Part shown: positions 1-9,777 of the stretch, one piece after another
Layout: each line of letters starts with the position of its first letter
How positions within the stretch are numbered: position 1 is the first letter of the stretch
DNA from: Patescibacteria group bacterium
GTDB taxonomy: Bacteria; Patescibacteriota; Minisyncoccia; Phycocordibacterales; SBAW01
NCBI GenBank assembly: GCA_019752125.1
Contig: JAIEMM010000002.1
Coordinates: 3,062 to 67,061, forward strand
Length of the DNA: 64,000 nucleotides
Reading direction: 5' to 3'
Notes under the pieces: model-generated
Database searches by the model: none
Told to the model about the DNA's origin: nothing
What the model saw: the letters and a program-made list of their open reading frames with translations, nothing else
Program-made: the position numbers and the translations under genes

Positions 1-38
1 GATTCCACGTGAGTGGTTGAAACAATCCATGTATCGAT

Positions 39-66
39 GACCGTCTCTATGGGGCGGTCTTTTTTT
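39..66 (+). terminator. Intrinsic terminator-like hairpin
   Basis: GACCGTCTC-TAT-GGGGCGGTC followed by a T-run. Confidence 0.55.
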
Positions 67-448
67 ATCCGTAATATTTAAATGCGCGGTAGCCAAAAAG
101 GCAGACAAGGCAAAAAAGTGCACAGAGGAGCAAAATTACAACTGACGCAAATGCAGGATTAGTAATGTGTGCGAATAGCCACCAGCCAGCCACAAACCCA
201 AGTTGGGCACCAACTATGTCAGACAAGGAGTTTGTATAGGCTTCTGTACGTGAAAGACGCGTGATGCGTTCAAGTAATTCCCATCCGATACCAATAGAGA
301 AGGTCATCCAAAACGCAGACCCGTATTCCATAGGCATAAGGTATGTTACATACGCAATAAAGAAGCCCGAGATTACATGTGGCAGCGTCCAGAGGTCAGC
401 GTATCTTCCGCGCCACGTACTGCGACGATATAAAAATGGTCTGTGCAT
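65..448 (-). CDS. Hypothetical membrane protein
   Basis: Several hydrophobic helices; D.W..PH / WE..E / NS.SD pattern; start taken at ATG 448. Confidence 0.65.
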   Translation of the reverse strand: MHRPFLYRRSTWRGRYADLWTLPHVISGFFIAYVTYLMPMEYGSAFWMTFSIGIGWELLERITRLSRTEAYTNSLSDIVGAQLGFVAGWWLFAHITNPAFASVVILLLCALFCLVCLFGYRAFKYYG

Positions 449-470
449 TGTTGTAGTATTATAAGCAGAA

Positions 471-1463
471 ATGCGCACAAGGCGAAAAAGACAGCCAAAA
501 TTACTCTATCTCTTGGCAGGAATTGTTGGTGCTCTTATACTTTTGTTTTTTCTATTCCCAAGCATTGTTGTGTGGGAACAAACAAATCTCGGTATCCAAT
601 CACCCTTTCCTGTAAGCGTTGACCCTATTAAAAAGACCATACGACCGAACCCTTCAGCAGACCTACTATTCGCCGACCCAACATCAGCTGAAGCGGCTGC
701 CCTGAACGCGAAAGAAGTAGTTGCAGCTGTTGCTCGTGTTATTGCCTCCACTCCCCTCTACCAGTTTGCTGCAGTGGAAGCTGGTATACCAAACATTCTC
801 ACGATTAACCCCGGCCTTCGTAAAGAACAAGTTGCCGCACTTATTGGTAAACGCCTTGGATGGGACGCGGAAAAACAAAAACAATTTACACAGCTGCCAC
901 CAGTATCAACTGCCCAATTAGAGGAAGGCACTATTGCTCCAGGCGACTACTCAATCGCCGCAGGAGATTCTATCCTTGCAGTCCAAGAGCAGGTCCAACA
1001 ACGATTTGAAGATGAAGTACTTTCGCGCTACACACCAGCAGTACAAAAAGTTGTACCGCTTGAACAAGGGCTGACTATCGCATCCATTATTGAACGTGAG
1101 ACAAGTGACCCGAAAGAAATGCGTATCATATCGGGTGTTATATGGAACCGTTTGTTTAGTGGAATGAAACTACAGATGGATTCTACGTTGCAATATGCAA
1201 AGGCTACTGGCAAAGGGTCTTGGTGGCCGCAGGTTGTACCGCGCGACAAATACATTAAGTCTCCCTACAACACCTACCAAAACGAAGGACTGCCGCCAGG
1301 ACCAATTTCTGCACCAAGCACTGCCGCTGTACTTGCGGCACTCAACCCTATAAAAACCTCGTGTTTGTACTACTTCCACGATGACGATGGAGAAATCCAC
1401 TGCTCAGACACGTATGAAAAGCACGTTTCCGCGTTGAAGAAGTCTTACGGCCAAGGGCGATAA
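471..1463 (+). CDS. mltG: Endolytic transglycosylase MltG (YceG family)
   Basis: N-terminal TM; ASIIERE, NRL..GMKLQMDST, SPYNTY..GLPPGPI motifs. Confidence 0.9.
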   Translation: MRTRRKRQPKLLYLLAGIVGALILLFFLFPSIVVWEQTNLGIQSPFPVSVDPIKKTIRPNPSADLLFADPTSAEAAALNAKEVVAAVARVIASTPLYQFAAVEAGIPNILTINPGLRKEQVAALIGKRLGWDAEKQKQFTQLPPVSTAQLEEGTIAPGDYSIAAGDSILAVQEQVQQRFEDEVLSRYTPAVQKVVPLEQGLTIASIIERETSDPKEMRIISGVIWNRLFSGMKLQMDSTLQYAKATGKGSWWPQVVPRDKYIKSPYNTYQNEGLPPGPISAPSTAAVLAALNPIKTSCLYYFHDDDGEIHCSDTYEKHVSALKKSYGQGR

Positions 1464-1478
1464 TGTATACTTCATAGT

Positions 1479-1697
1479 ATGGAATGGATCGTCATGGTTG
1501 CCACAATCCTGGTCGTCCTTCTTCTCTTTTTGGGGCTTTTCTTTATTTCATCTAGGGCCGTTACTATAGTAGAAGAAACGCGCGAAGAGATTGAGAAAGA
1601 ATCGCCTGAGGAATTAAAAAAGGAAGTGTCAGAAGCTGAAGAAGAAGTCATTAAAGCTGTTAAAGCTGAGGAGGACCAGTTTTATTCGCACGGATAA
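1479..1697 (+). CDS. Small membrane-anchored acidic protein
   Basis: N-terminal TM, Glu-rich tail; TATACT 7 nt before ATG. Confidence 0.6.
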   Translation: MEWIVMVATILVVLLLFLGLFFISSRAVTIVEETREEIEKESPEELKKEVSEAEEEVIKAVKAEEDQFYSHG

Positions 1698-1715
1698 AAA
1701 GTAGAAGACCCGACA

Positions 1716-2258
1716 TTATTCATGCCGGGTCCTTTCGAACAGTTTCTTTGCAGCTTTTGCAATCTCTTCGGCGACGCCGAGGAAGTTCTTCATCAGGTCC
1801 CGATGATGGTTAATCGGGAGCACGATGTGTGTAGCCGCCTTGGAGTACGTGGTGCCCCAGGGAATGACTTCGTCGTACCGGCCGCTGGTCGAAAGGACCG
1901 GCGACTTGATCGGCACACACCAGTTGATGAGAGCAAAGATCCCGAAGAGAAAGTGGTGAGGAGCGTTGATGGTAACGACTTCCCGCACCGCACTCTTCTT
2001 GAACCTGCTCGCCGCAGCGAGGGCAATCATAGCGCCCATGCTGTGGCCAACAAAGATCACATCTTCGCCGGTATCATACATGGAGATGATTTCATTCCGG
2101 TAGTTCCACATTTTCCAGATCTGCCAGAAGTCGTACGAGCGACGTTCTGCGCAGAATGTTGCCCCTGGAAATTGTTCCTCGAACGCAGACCCGAAGTGTT
2201 TCCACACCGGGTCCATACCGTTGGAATCCTGGATCCCAACAAACCCGATGATCTTCAT
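1716..2258 (-). CDS. Alpha/beta hydrolase fold protein (lipase/esterase-like)
   Basis: GHSMG nucleophile elbow, D.VIP, late His; AGGAG SD. Confidence 0.75.
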   Translation of the reverse strand: MKIIGFVGIQDSNGMDPVWKHFGSAFEEQFPGATFCAERRSYDFWQIWKMWNYRNEIISMYDTGEDVIFVGHSMGAMIALAAASRFKKSAVREVVTINAPHHFLFGIFALINWCVPIKSPVLSTSGRYDEVIPWGTTYSKAATHIVLPINHHRDLMKNFLGVAEEIAKAAKKLFERTRHE

Positions 2259-2301
2259 GACCTGCTCCTAAGTTGATTGCTGTGAATGAACGTACCCCTG
2301 T

Positions 2302-2331
2302 ATTATACAATACTAAATAGCTTTATGTCAA
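2302..2331 (-). promoter_or_regulatory. Consensus sigma70 promoter
   Basis: TTGACA-N18-TATAAT upstream of 1716..2258. Confidence 0.75.
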
Positions 2332-2346
2332 GTAACCCAAGGTACG

Positions 2347-2380
2347 AAAAAACGCCCTCCGCCAGCTGGCGGATGGGGCG
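2347..2380 (-). terminator. Terminator hairpin containing palindrome family A
   Basis: CGCCCC-ATCCGCCAGCTGGCGGA-GGGCG then TTTTTT on the minus strand. Confidence 0.65.
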
Positions 2381-2395
2381 CTATTTCCGGGATGA

Positions 2396-2560
2396 TTATT
2401 TTGCCTTAGGAAGGATTTTAAACATCTTTGTGCCACAAACCGGGCAGACACCCGACATTGCGCGGCGGTCTCCACCGCCCTTGCCAGCGAATGAAACCTC
2501 CTTAGGGTCATTCATTTCCTGCTTAGCTTTGCACTTCACACAGTATGCGACTTCTGCCAT
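2396..2560 (-). CDS. DUF5679-like small Zn-ribbon protein, 54 aa (not in ORF track)
   Basis: Own translation: MAEVAYCVKCKAKQEMNDPKEVSFAGKGGGDRRAMSGVCPVCGTKMFKILPKAK; two CxxC pairs. Confidence 0.85.
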   Translation of the reverse strand: MAEVAYCVKCKAKQEMNDPKEVSFAGKGGGDRRAMSGVCPVCGTKMFKILPKAK

Positions 2561-2629
2561 TGAATATTCGTAAACTACTAAAAATCACTTGTGCCCTGTT
2601 CTTCCAGTATACCGTATATATAGAGGTGT

Positions 2630-3652
2630 CTAGCCCCTGTCCACGAAGGCCTGTTTCTGGGCAAATACCTCCGCAGAATGTTTCCATGAATAGGACTCTG
2701 CCTTCCTACGGCAGGCATCGGATGACACTTCAAGACATTTAAGCGCTGCGCTATGCAGGTCTGAACTCAGATAACCATCGCCCCCGTTTGTAATGATGTC
2801 TCGCGGCCCCATAACATCGTATGCAGCAACGGGGATACCGCACGCAAGCGCTTCTACTACTACAAGGCCGAATGTATCGGTTTTAGATGGAAATATCATG
2901 ACGTCCGACAATGAGAGCCACTGGACTAATTCCTCTCCACGCTTATATCCAGCGAAATACGCAACATCTCCGTACTTTGCTTCAAGCTCTCTGCGCATAG
3001 GCCCATCCCCTATGATCAACTTAGTGCCTGGTAAATCCAGATCAAAGAATGCCTGAGGATTTTTTTCTTCCGCCAGACGGCTAAAGTACGTGAACACCGG
3101 TTTTTGCAAATGAGGAAGATGGGTTGGTGTTGAAATTTTTCTGAATCGTTCAAGATCCACTCCAAACGGCCAGAATTCCACATGCTGGAACCCTTCCGCT
3201 TCGAGTGCCGCCTTAAGACTTGGAGTTGAAACAAGTGTTCGAGTAGCTGCTGCATGGAACCATCTGAGCCACGCGGTAATAATTGGAGTTACGAACGTTG
3301 AAATATAGACACCTAAATATAATTGAAGGTGCGTATGATAGGACGTAGTGAAAGGTATCTTTTGAGTAATGCAGTAGCGGCGTGCAGACAATCCTAGTGT
3401 CGCCTCAGTGGCAATATGGATAGCGTCTGGGTTGTATTCATGTAAAAGCCTGCGTAGATGTTTGCCTGGAAATAGTGCCAACGTTATCTCCGGATACAAC
3501 GGTAGCGGCATCTTGTGGCGGAATAGACCAGGATGCACAACGAGCACGTCAAAATTCTGGGCCTTCAGTTGCAAAACAATCTGCTCAAACACTGTCACAA
3601 CTCCGTTTACCTGAGGATGCCACGCGTCAGTTACAATCGCTATTTTTTTCAT
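2630..3652 (-). CDS. Glycosyltransferase family 4 (GT-B)
   Basis: IVTDAWHPQVNGVV; FPSKTDTFGLVVVEALACG. Confidence 0.9.
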   Translation of the reverse strand: MKKIAIVTDAWHPQVNGVVTVFEQIVLQLKAQNFDVLVVHPGLFRHKMPLPLYPEITLALFPGKHLRRLLHEYNPDAIHIATEATLGLSARRYCITQKIPFTTSYHTHLQLYLGVYISTFVTPIITAWLRWFHAAATRTLVSTPSLKAALEAEGFQHVEFWPFGVDLERFRKISTPTHLPHLQKPVFTYFSRLAEEKNPQAFFDLDLPGTKLIIGDGPMRRELEAKYGDVAYFAGYKRGEELVQWLSLSDVMIFPSKTDTFGLVVVEALACGIPVAAYDVMGPRDIITNGGDGYLSSDLHSAALKCLEVSSDACRRKAESYSWKHSAEVFAQKQAFVDRG

Positions 3653-4455
3653 ACAGTAGTCTTCACGAATGTACGAAGTATATCAATTATGTTCTGTGGA
3701 GCATTCAAGACCATTATATGGTTTCCCCCTTCTATTGTCTCAAGGCGCGCGCCTGGGATCTTCTCTTTCATCGCAACAGAATTTTCAATGCCGAATATGG
3801 TGTCTTTCGTTCCATGAATAAGAAGCGTCGGAAGTTGCAACTGCGAAAGAGTGTCCGTTGCATCAAGCTCATAAGATTGCCGTATGCAATAAAGATACGT
3901 ACGGAAACCGGTATTACAAATGTCTGTATACGAACGAGAAACATTCCAGTCGCCACTGTCGGGAAAACGCTCGTAGTCTACACGTCCGTGCTGTCTAAGT
4001 GAGAGCGGTAGATATGAGAGAACGGGAATGGGAGTAAGTAGCCAGCGCAGTATTTTTGTTGGTACGTGCCTCCCAACGCTATAGTCTCCACTTATAAGCA
4101 CCGCTCCTTTGAGTGTGTGTTGCCACTGTGCGAGATATGCCAATACAACCAGTGCGCCAAATGAATGTCCGACGAGCACATACGGATACTCTCCTATATG
4201 AGTAAGTAATAGATGAAGATCTTCTACAAAGTGCTTGAGATGATGGTCACTATAGTTTGGATAACGTTTGGAATTACCATGTCCACGCTGGTCATACGTC
4301 ACGATATTGATCTCATCTTTGAGCGCCTCTTCATACGCTTTCCACGCCGACGAGCTCCCTGAAACACCGTGCACAAAGACGAGTGTGGGGCGTCCAGGAA
4401 CAAGGTCATTGGTGCGATATACGATGCCGCGCTCTATAAAATAGTGATCCTTCAT
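3649..4455 (-). CDS. Alpha/beta hydrolase
   Basis: FVHG, YDQRGHG, GHSFG, HGTKD, GNH motifs. Confidence 0.9.
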   Translation of the reverse strand: MKDHYFIERGIVYRTNDLVPGRPTLVFVHGVSGSSSAWKAYEEALKDEINIVTYDQRGHGNSKRYPNYSDHHLKHFVEDLHLLLTHIGEYPYVLVGHSFGALVVLAYLAQWQHTLKGAVLISGDYSVGRHVPTKILRWLLTPIPVLSYLPLSLRQHGRVDYERFPDSGDWNVSRSYTDICNTGFRTYLYCIRQSYELDATDTLSQLQLPTLLIHGTKDTIFGIENSVAMKEKIPGARLETIEGGNHIMVLNAPQNIIDILRTFVKTTV

Positions 4456-4488
4456 GGGATATATACTCGTCCTGCTATACTAACAAAC

Positions 4489-5052
4489 GTGGCAGGATTA
4501 ATCGCTCTCCTTACAACCTACAAATACGTAATCATCTTCCCCCTTGGAATATTCGAGGGTCCGATTATAGCTGTTATCTGCGGATTTTTGGCCACTCTTG
4601 GAATAGTTGAGTGGTATTTTGCGTATGCCATTCTTGTGCTAGCAGACGCATTGGGCGACTGGTTCTATTATGGGCTTGGCCGCTTCGGCTCAACATATAT
4701 ACATCGTTGGGGCCACTATATAGGCCTCACGTCTGAACGTATACATAAGGCAGGTGCTTATTTTTCAAAGAATCATTTTAAAATGGTTGCCGCATCAAAA
4801 CTTATCCACGCCGGAGGCGTTGCGGGTATTGTTGCGGCAGGAACCACCAAACTTCCCTTCCTAAAATTTGCGGGACAATGTTTATTTATTTCGCTACTCC
4901 AAACCGGTATTCTTTTCTTGCTCGGCGTTTTCTTTGGCCATGCATACGACAAAATTGGCGAATACCTCAACTACTACGCTGCAGGAACTGCGTTTCTAGT
5001 ATTTCTAGGAATTACGTTCTTCGTGTTGCGTTGGCTCAAAAGCCGACCCTAG
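4489..5052 (+). CDS. DedA/VTT family membrane protein
   Basis: EGP, LGD..YYGLGR, AG...LPFLKF; GTG start 7 nt after TATACT. Confidence 0.85.
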   Translation: MAGLIALLTTYKYVIIFPLGIFEGPIIAVICGFLATLGIVEWYFAYAILVLADALGDWFYYGLGRFGSTYIHRWGHYIGLTSERIHKAGAYFSKNHFKMVAASKLIHAGGVAGIVAAGTTKLPFLKFAGQCLFISLLQTGILFLLGVFFGHAYDKIGEYLNYYAAGTAFLVFLGITFFVLRWLKSRP

Positions 5053-6054
5053 CAACCCTTCGTATATCGCTTTCATTTTGAGTGTCTGGGATTCCAGACT
5101 CTGGTCCTGTGCAAGCGCAAGGGCTCCTTGGATAAGTTTGTCTCGCAGTGCGCTGTCTTCAAGTATCCGTTTAAAGTGAAGTTGAAATTCCTCTTCTGTC
5201 TTTGCGATTAAACAATTTTGTTCATGGATAAGCCACCCTTCATACGCTGGCAGGTTGCGGACGAGGATAGGCAGGCCAACAGCGGCTGCTTCAAGGATGG
5301 CGATGCCTTGGTTTTCCTCGCGCGAGGGAAATACGAATATATCGATAGCGTTTAATGCTGCCAACACATCATCAACGAAACCTGTAAAGCGGACGTTGGA
5401 CGTATTGTTTTCTATAGGTGCCACGAGCGCCGGACTAAAGATTTTTCCAAACCAAAAAAACTGCACCTGAGGAAATGCTTTGCCGAGCGCCACTATCGTA
5501 TCTGCGCCCTTGCGCTGTGGCAAAAGCAACGCGACCGTGCCGGCCACAGTGCCCGTCATACCGAACTTCTTGCGGTAGTCTTCGCGGCGTACCGGGTCTT
5601 TATAAAATACCTTGGTATCAATTCCGTTAGTCTGAACCGTAACTTTTTCAGCTGGCACTCCACGTTTGACTATCGTATGTTTTGCATATTCGCTCGGAAC
5701 CAGAACAATGTCGCCCTTACTGTATGCTCTGATGAGATAACGCCACACCAAAGGCTTTAAAAACTGCAAAAATTGAAAGATGCGCACAGATTGAAATAGA
5801 TCTTCTGCAGAAACATGTGCCCAAATAACAACCTTCTTCCCTTCTCGTTTTGCTTTTCGAACCAGCGCCATGCTGGCAGGCCACGGGATATTTACTACGA
5901 GGATATCCCACGTCTCGTCTGGGTTGTCAGTATACGGAATCTGGAGCAAATCAAGAATCTTCTTTTGGTGCTCTATAGCAGCAATAAGGCCTCCGCGGAT
6001 CTTGTCGTCGCCGCCAAATGCCTTATAAAATTTGGCGTTTAAGCATATTTTCAT
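5005..6054 (-). CDS. Glycosyltransferase family 4 (glycolipid synthase-like)
   Basis: NGID, FPSREENQGIAILEAAA. Confidence 0.85.
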   Translation of the reverse strand: MKICLNAKFYKAFGGDDKIRGGLIAAIEHQKKILDLLQIPYTDNPDETWDILVVNIPWPASMALVRKAKREGKKVVIWAHVSAEDLFQSVRIFQFLQFLKPLVWRYLIRAYSKGDIVLVPSEYAKHTIVKRGVPAEKVTVQTNGIDTKVFYKDPVRREDYRKKFGMTGTVAGTVALLLPQRKGADTIVALGKAFPQVQFFWFGKIFSPALVAPIENNTSNVRFTGFVDDVLAALNAIDIFVFPSREENQGIAILEAAAVGLPILVRNLPAYEGWLIHEQNCLIAKTEEEFQLHFKRILEDSALRDKLIQGALALAQDQSLESQTLKMKAIYEGLLGSAFEPTQHEERNS

Positions 6055-6096
6055 ATTGAAATCCTATCATGGCTGGAAAGCGTTATAGTTACATAT

Positions 6097-6750
6097 ATGG
6101 ACAAAATGCTTATGCAAAAATACCGTACGCTCTGGCAGCAGCCGCCCTTTAGAAACTCTCTTTGCCTTTCCATCCTCGCTGTTATGGCGGGGCTCGTAGT
6201 AAACAATTTTGCGATACGTTTTGCGACGGAAAGAATGAGTAATTCCGTAACGGACATTGTACTTTCAAACACACCCGCGCTCCCAGTAAATAACCTCTTT
6301 ATATACGGCACCTTCCTTGCCATCGCGGTGAGTATTATTGTGGCAGCACACTATCCACGCGAAATTCCTTTTGCACTAAACGCAACTGCCCTCTTTTTTA
6401 TTATCCGCTCTATATTTCTTTCTCTTACCCACTTTGCTCCGTTTACGTCCCATGTCGCTGACGACTTTGGCACAATAATCAATAATGCATTTTTTGGCGG
6501 AGACTTATTTTTCTCCGGCCACACGGGGCTCCCGTTTCTAGGAGCGCTCATGTTATGGCATGTTCCAACATTACGATACTTCTACCTTGGAATGTCGGTA
6601 TTTTTCGGTGCGTTGGTATTACTGGGGCATATTCATTATTCGATAGATGTTGCTTCAGCATTCTTTATTACCTACGGTATCTACCACATCGCTATCTGGC
6701 TGTTCCCAAAGAGCTATTCATGGTTCCGCGCTGAAGAAGCACGGATGTAA
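6097..6750 (+). CDS. PAP2-superfamily membrane phosphoesterase/phosphotransferase (PAP2_C-like)
   Basis: About six TM helices; DLFFSGHT and HIHYSIDV motifs. Confidence 0.8.
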   Translation: MDKMLMQKYRTLWQQPPFRNSLCLSILAVMAGLVVNNFAIRFATERMSNSVTDIVLSNTPALPVNNLFIYGTFLAIAVSIIVAAHYPREIPFALNATALFFIIRSIFLSLTHFAPFTSHVADDFGTIINNAFFGGDLFFSGHTGLPFLGALMLWHVPTLRYFYLGMSVFFGALVLLGHIHYSIDVASAFFITYGIYHIAIWLFPKSYSWFRAEEARM

Positions 6751-6770
6751 ACGTGTACTATACTGAGTGC

Positions 6771-7124
6771 ATGGAAAAACTGGCTCACTACCATAAGGAA
6801 GAACGTCCGTGGGGCAATTTTGAACAATTTACATCTAATGAACTTTCGACAGTAAAACTTATTACGGTGCAAAGTGGTGAAGCGACAAGCCTGCAGACAC
6901 ACGAGCATCGTAGTGAATATTGGCGTATTGTATCTGGCAGTGGAACAGTGACCATAGGTTCCCAGGAATTGCCTGCAGAGACGGGGGCTGAATTTTATGT
7001 CGAAAAGAATGTGGCTCATCGACTCGCTGGGGGTTCTGGAGGACTGTGTGTTCTTGAAATATCCTTTGGGGTGTTTGATGAACAAGATATTACTCGAATT
7101 GAAGATATATACGGCAGAACATAA
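6771..7124 (+). CDS. Mannose-6-phosphate isomerase type II C-terminal cupin
   Basis: RPWG, SLQTHEHRSEYW, HRL, DITRIEDIYGR. Confidence 0.9.
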   Translation: MEKLAHYHKEERPWGNFEQFTSNELSTVKLITVQSGEATSLQTHEHRSEYWRIVSGSGTVTIGSQELPAETGAEFYVEKNVAHRLAGGSGGLCVLEISFGVFDEQDITRIEDIYGRT

Positions 7125-7129
7125 CAGAC

Positions 7130-7573
7130 ATGAAATATACAGATTTACTTAAAACAGAACGCCCTTGCCCTTTTGATAATCCCAAACAGGAGGACGTTGT
7201 GTCTGAAAATGAAACAGCATACCTTACGTATGCCCTTGCCGCATATCATATTGACCAATTGCTCGTAATACCGAAACGTCATGTTACCCATTTTGACGAT
7301 ATGACAGAGGCTGAACTAGCAGACTGCCATGCGCTCCAAAAACTCGGGTGGCATATACTACGAGAATTAGGCCATAGCGGAGTGAGTTTTCTGCTTCGCG
7401 AAGGAGAGTCGACCGGCAAAAGCATACCGCACCTACATTACAATTTGATGCCTGACACCAAACTCGGCTATATGGCTCCAGGAGCTAAAGAGGAACGCAA
7501 CGTGATGAACGCGGAAGAAGTTGCGGCTACTATGGCACGACTTAGAGACGGTTTGGCCAGACTCCCTCAATAA
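7130..7573 (+). CDS. HIT family protein
   Basis: CPF, LVIPKRHV, GKSIPHLHYN (variant HIT triad). Confidence 0.8.
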   Translation: MKYTDLLKTERPCPFDNPKQEDVVSENETAYLTYALAAYHIDQLLVIPKRHVTHFDDMTEAELADCHALQKLGWHILRELGHSGVSFLLREGESTGKSIPHLHYNLMPDTKLGYMAPGAKEERNVMNAEEVAATMARLRDGLARLPQ

Positions 7574-7574
7574 C

Positions 7575-8381
7575 ATGATCCCACGGGCAATTGCATTCGA
7601 CCTCGATGGTACGCTTGCTGAAAGTAAGCAGCCAATAACATCTGATATGGCTGAGTTGCTTTTGCAATTGATGAAGCCTGCGCAAGACCGTCCGATCGGT
7701 TCTTCCGAACCGCGGCCCGATCTTGCTGCGGCATCCGCGACAGTTGTGGGAGTTCTGTCAGGCGCTAGCTGGTCGCAGTTTCAATCACAATTCCTTTCCG
7801 CCTTCCCTGCCGGAACTGATTTTTCTAATCTCTATCTTTTCCCTGATAACGCAGCGCAGTGTTTTATATATAGAGACGGGGCCTGGCAGGAATCCTATAC
7901 TTTTGCTTTTTCACCTGCTGAAGTTGCCCAAATTACCGCGATACTCATCAATGAAGTTGAGGAAACGCATTTCCCACAACCTACTGAAACATGGGGAAAA
8001 CAGATAGAGAATCGCGGGGCTCAGATTTCATTCTCCCCACTCGGCCAGAACGCCCCACTTGAGGCAAAAAAGCAGTGGCGTGCAGAACATGATGCAGAAC
8101 GTGCCCATTTACGAGACATGTTAAGTGAAAAATTACCTGACTATTCAGTACGGACAGGCGGAGAAACCACTATAGATATCACCCGCCAAGGTATTACAAA
8201 AGGCTACGGGCTGCAGAAGCTCACAGAACTTACAGGCATTCCAGTGTCAGATATGGTGTATGTGGGAGACGCCTTGCAAGAAGGGGGCAATGATTACGTC
8301 GTCATGGAAACGGGGGTACAAACGCATCAAGTAAGCGGACCTCAAGATACGGCAGTTTTTATACAGCAATTAATTTCATAA
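7575..8381 (+). CDS. HAD-IIB hydrolase, phosphomannomutase-like
   Basis: FDLDGTL, GGETTIDI, YVGD..GGND; ~20-aa hairpin-coded insertion. Confidence 0.85.
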   Translation: MIPRAIAFDLDGTLAESKQPITSDMAELLLQLMKPAQDRPIGSSEPRPDLAAASATVVGVLSGASWSQFQSQFLSAFPAGTDFSNLYLFPDNAAQCFIYRDGAWQESYTFAFSPAEVAQITAILINEVEETHFPQPTETWGKQIENRGAQISFSPLGQNAPLEAKKQWRAEHDAERAHLRDMLSEKLPDYSVRTGGETTIDITRQGITKGYGLQKLTELTGIPVSDMVYVGDALQEGGNDYVVMETGVQTHQVSGPQDTAVFIQQLIS

Positions 8382-8382
8382 T

Positions 8383-8844
8383 ATGATGACCAGAACACAG
8401 TGGCTTTTGATTACCACTCCTATAGCAATTATCATTATTGGGCTTCTTGTATTGGTACTTTTACCAAATAAGCCTGCGCAGCGACCTTCTAGCCCTACCT
8501 ATGCGACAATCGACAACTTAATTGCTGTAGATGCCCCATTTAAAAACGCTACTGTTTCTTCCCCACTTGTTATCTCTGGCACAGCGCGCGGCACCTGGTA
8601 TTTTGAAGCATCTGCGCCGATAGAACTTCGTGACGCAAACGGAAAAGTAATTGCACAAGGCCACATAGATGCCAATCCGCCAGCTGGCGGAGATTGGATG
8701 ACGGAAGAGTTCGTCCCATTTAAGGCCACACTTACCTTCCCCAAGCAACCAGCGGGCTCAACTGGTACTTTGGTACTCCACAACGACAACCCATCTGGCG
8801 ATCCAGAGCGCCAAAAAGAGCTCGTCGTTCCGGTAAAGTTCTAG
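8383..8844 (+). CDS. Gmad2 immunoglobulin-like domain protein
   Basis: N-terminal TM; SPLVISGTARGTWYFEA, WMTEEFVPF, DNPSG; PPAGG insertion. Confidence 0.8.
   Translation: MMTRTQWLLITTPIAIIIIGLLVLVLLPNKPAQRPSSPTYATIDNLIAVDAPFKNATVSSPLVISGTARGTWYFEASAPIELRDANGKVIAQGHIDANPPAGGDWMTEEFVPFKATLTFPKQPAGSTGTLVLHNDNPSGDPERQKELVVPVKF
8676..8691. repeat. Palindrome family A (TCCGCCAGCTGGCGGA), intragenic
   Basis: Perfect 16-bp palindrome, identical at 2358 and 56319. Confidence 0.9.
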
Positions 8845-8923
8845 AGTAGTGATTTTTTGATTTTCTCTTGTAATTTCTCAGCATTCACGTGCGTAAGCAT
8901 TCCTAAGTAGGACTGTAACCCAC

Positions 8924-9052
8924 CATCTGAGCAAGGACTACCCTTGCTCAGATGTGACAAAAGACCCTCTGATTCCTTGCCCGATTTTTAGTCGGACAAA
9001 GTTTCAGAGGGTCAAAGGGTCTCAAGTGCAAAGCCGAAGCTAAGTACCTGAG
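8924..9052 (-). other. Three consecutive hairpins downstream of the candidate DGR target gene
   Basis: CATCTGAGCAAGG/CCTTGCTCAGATG (8924-8954); GACCCTCTGA/TCAGAGGGTC (8963-9013); imperfect stem with UUCG loop (9021-9052). Confidence 0.7.
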
Positions 9053-9060
9053 TGAAAGAA

Positions 9061-9663
9061 TCAGAGAGAGACGACTTGGTTGCCGCCGTCCCACCTGTCC
9101 GGGTGCCCGACAGAGCTGGCCTCGACGTTCCAGCCGCCGTCTTCGACGCTCCAGCAGGCGCTCACGGCCCACAGGATACCGCCGACATCGCGGATGTAGG
9201 CGATGTTGGCGCGGCCGTTGACGAGAAACGCGCCCTGCTCGCCCTTCCCCTGCTTCGACAGCAAGGAGAAGAACTGGCCCAGGGTGATCTCGTGGTTGTC
9301 CCCGAGCTCGGTGATGGTCGGCGCGTCGAGCGACGATTCCAGGAGCTTGTGGACTTTCAACTCGACGGCTTCCGAAACGCCCTCCTCCTTGCGAAGGAAG
9401 TTCTTCTTGAAGTTGTCGCCGAACCAGGCGATCCGAACCGCGGCCTTCTTGGTGTCGACCTTGAAGTGGTTGGCGGCCTTGAAGCTTTCGATCGCAGCGG
9501 CCGAGACGGTCGTCATGAGCTCAAGGAGCTTCTTGGGTTCCGTGGGCTCGATGGGAACGAGCTTGAGCTGGCCGGCGAGGTATTTCTCCACACCAACCAT
9601 ACCGCCCATCTTGTTGACCATCGCCTCGATCTGGCCGAGGTTGAGTTCACCGTATTTCATCAC
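9061..9663 (-). CDS. Hypothetical protein, candidate DGR target (variable) protein
   Basis: GC-rich gene, AAGGAG SD; C-terminus AVSACWSVEDGGWNVEASSVGHPDRWDGGNQVVSL rich in NNC codons. Confidence 0.65.
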   Translation of the reverse strand: MMKYGELNLGQIEAMVNKMGGMVGVEKYLAGQLKLVPIEPTEPKKLLELMTTVSAAAIESFKAANHFKVDTKKAAVRIAWFGDNFKKNFLRKEEGVSEAVELKVHKLLESSLDAPTITELGDNHEITLGQFFSLLSKQGKGEQGAFLVNGRANIAYIRDVGGILWAVSACWSVEDGGWNVEASSVGHPDRWDGGNQVVSL

Positions 9664-9729
9664 AGGCTCCTTCCCGGCTGCTTGCCGGTGGACTTCTCGC
9701 TTCCCGCGAGTTGAGGGGCATATGACGGG

Positions 9730-9777
9730 TTCGCCACAGCAGAAAAGGCTCTAGTAAGCGCTTTCTGCTGTGGCGAA
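9730..9777. other. 16-bp perfect inverted repeat in the leader of 9061..9663
   Basis: TTCGCCACAGCAGAAA / TTTCTGCTGTGGCGAA. Confidence 0.75.

Noticed and set aside
9052-9714. 220-aa plus-strand ORF
   Set aside because: Antisense shadow of a GC3-rich gene; the minus ORF has the SD
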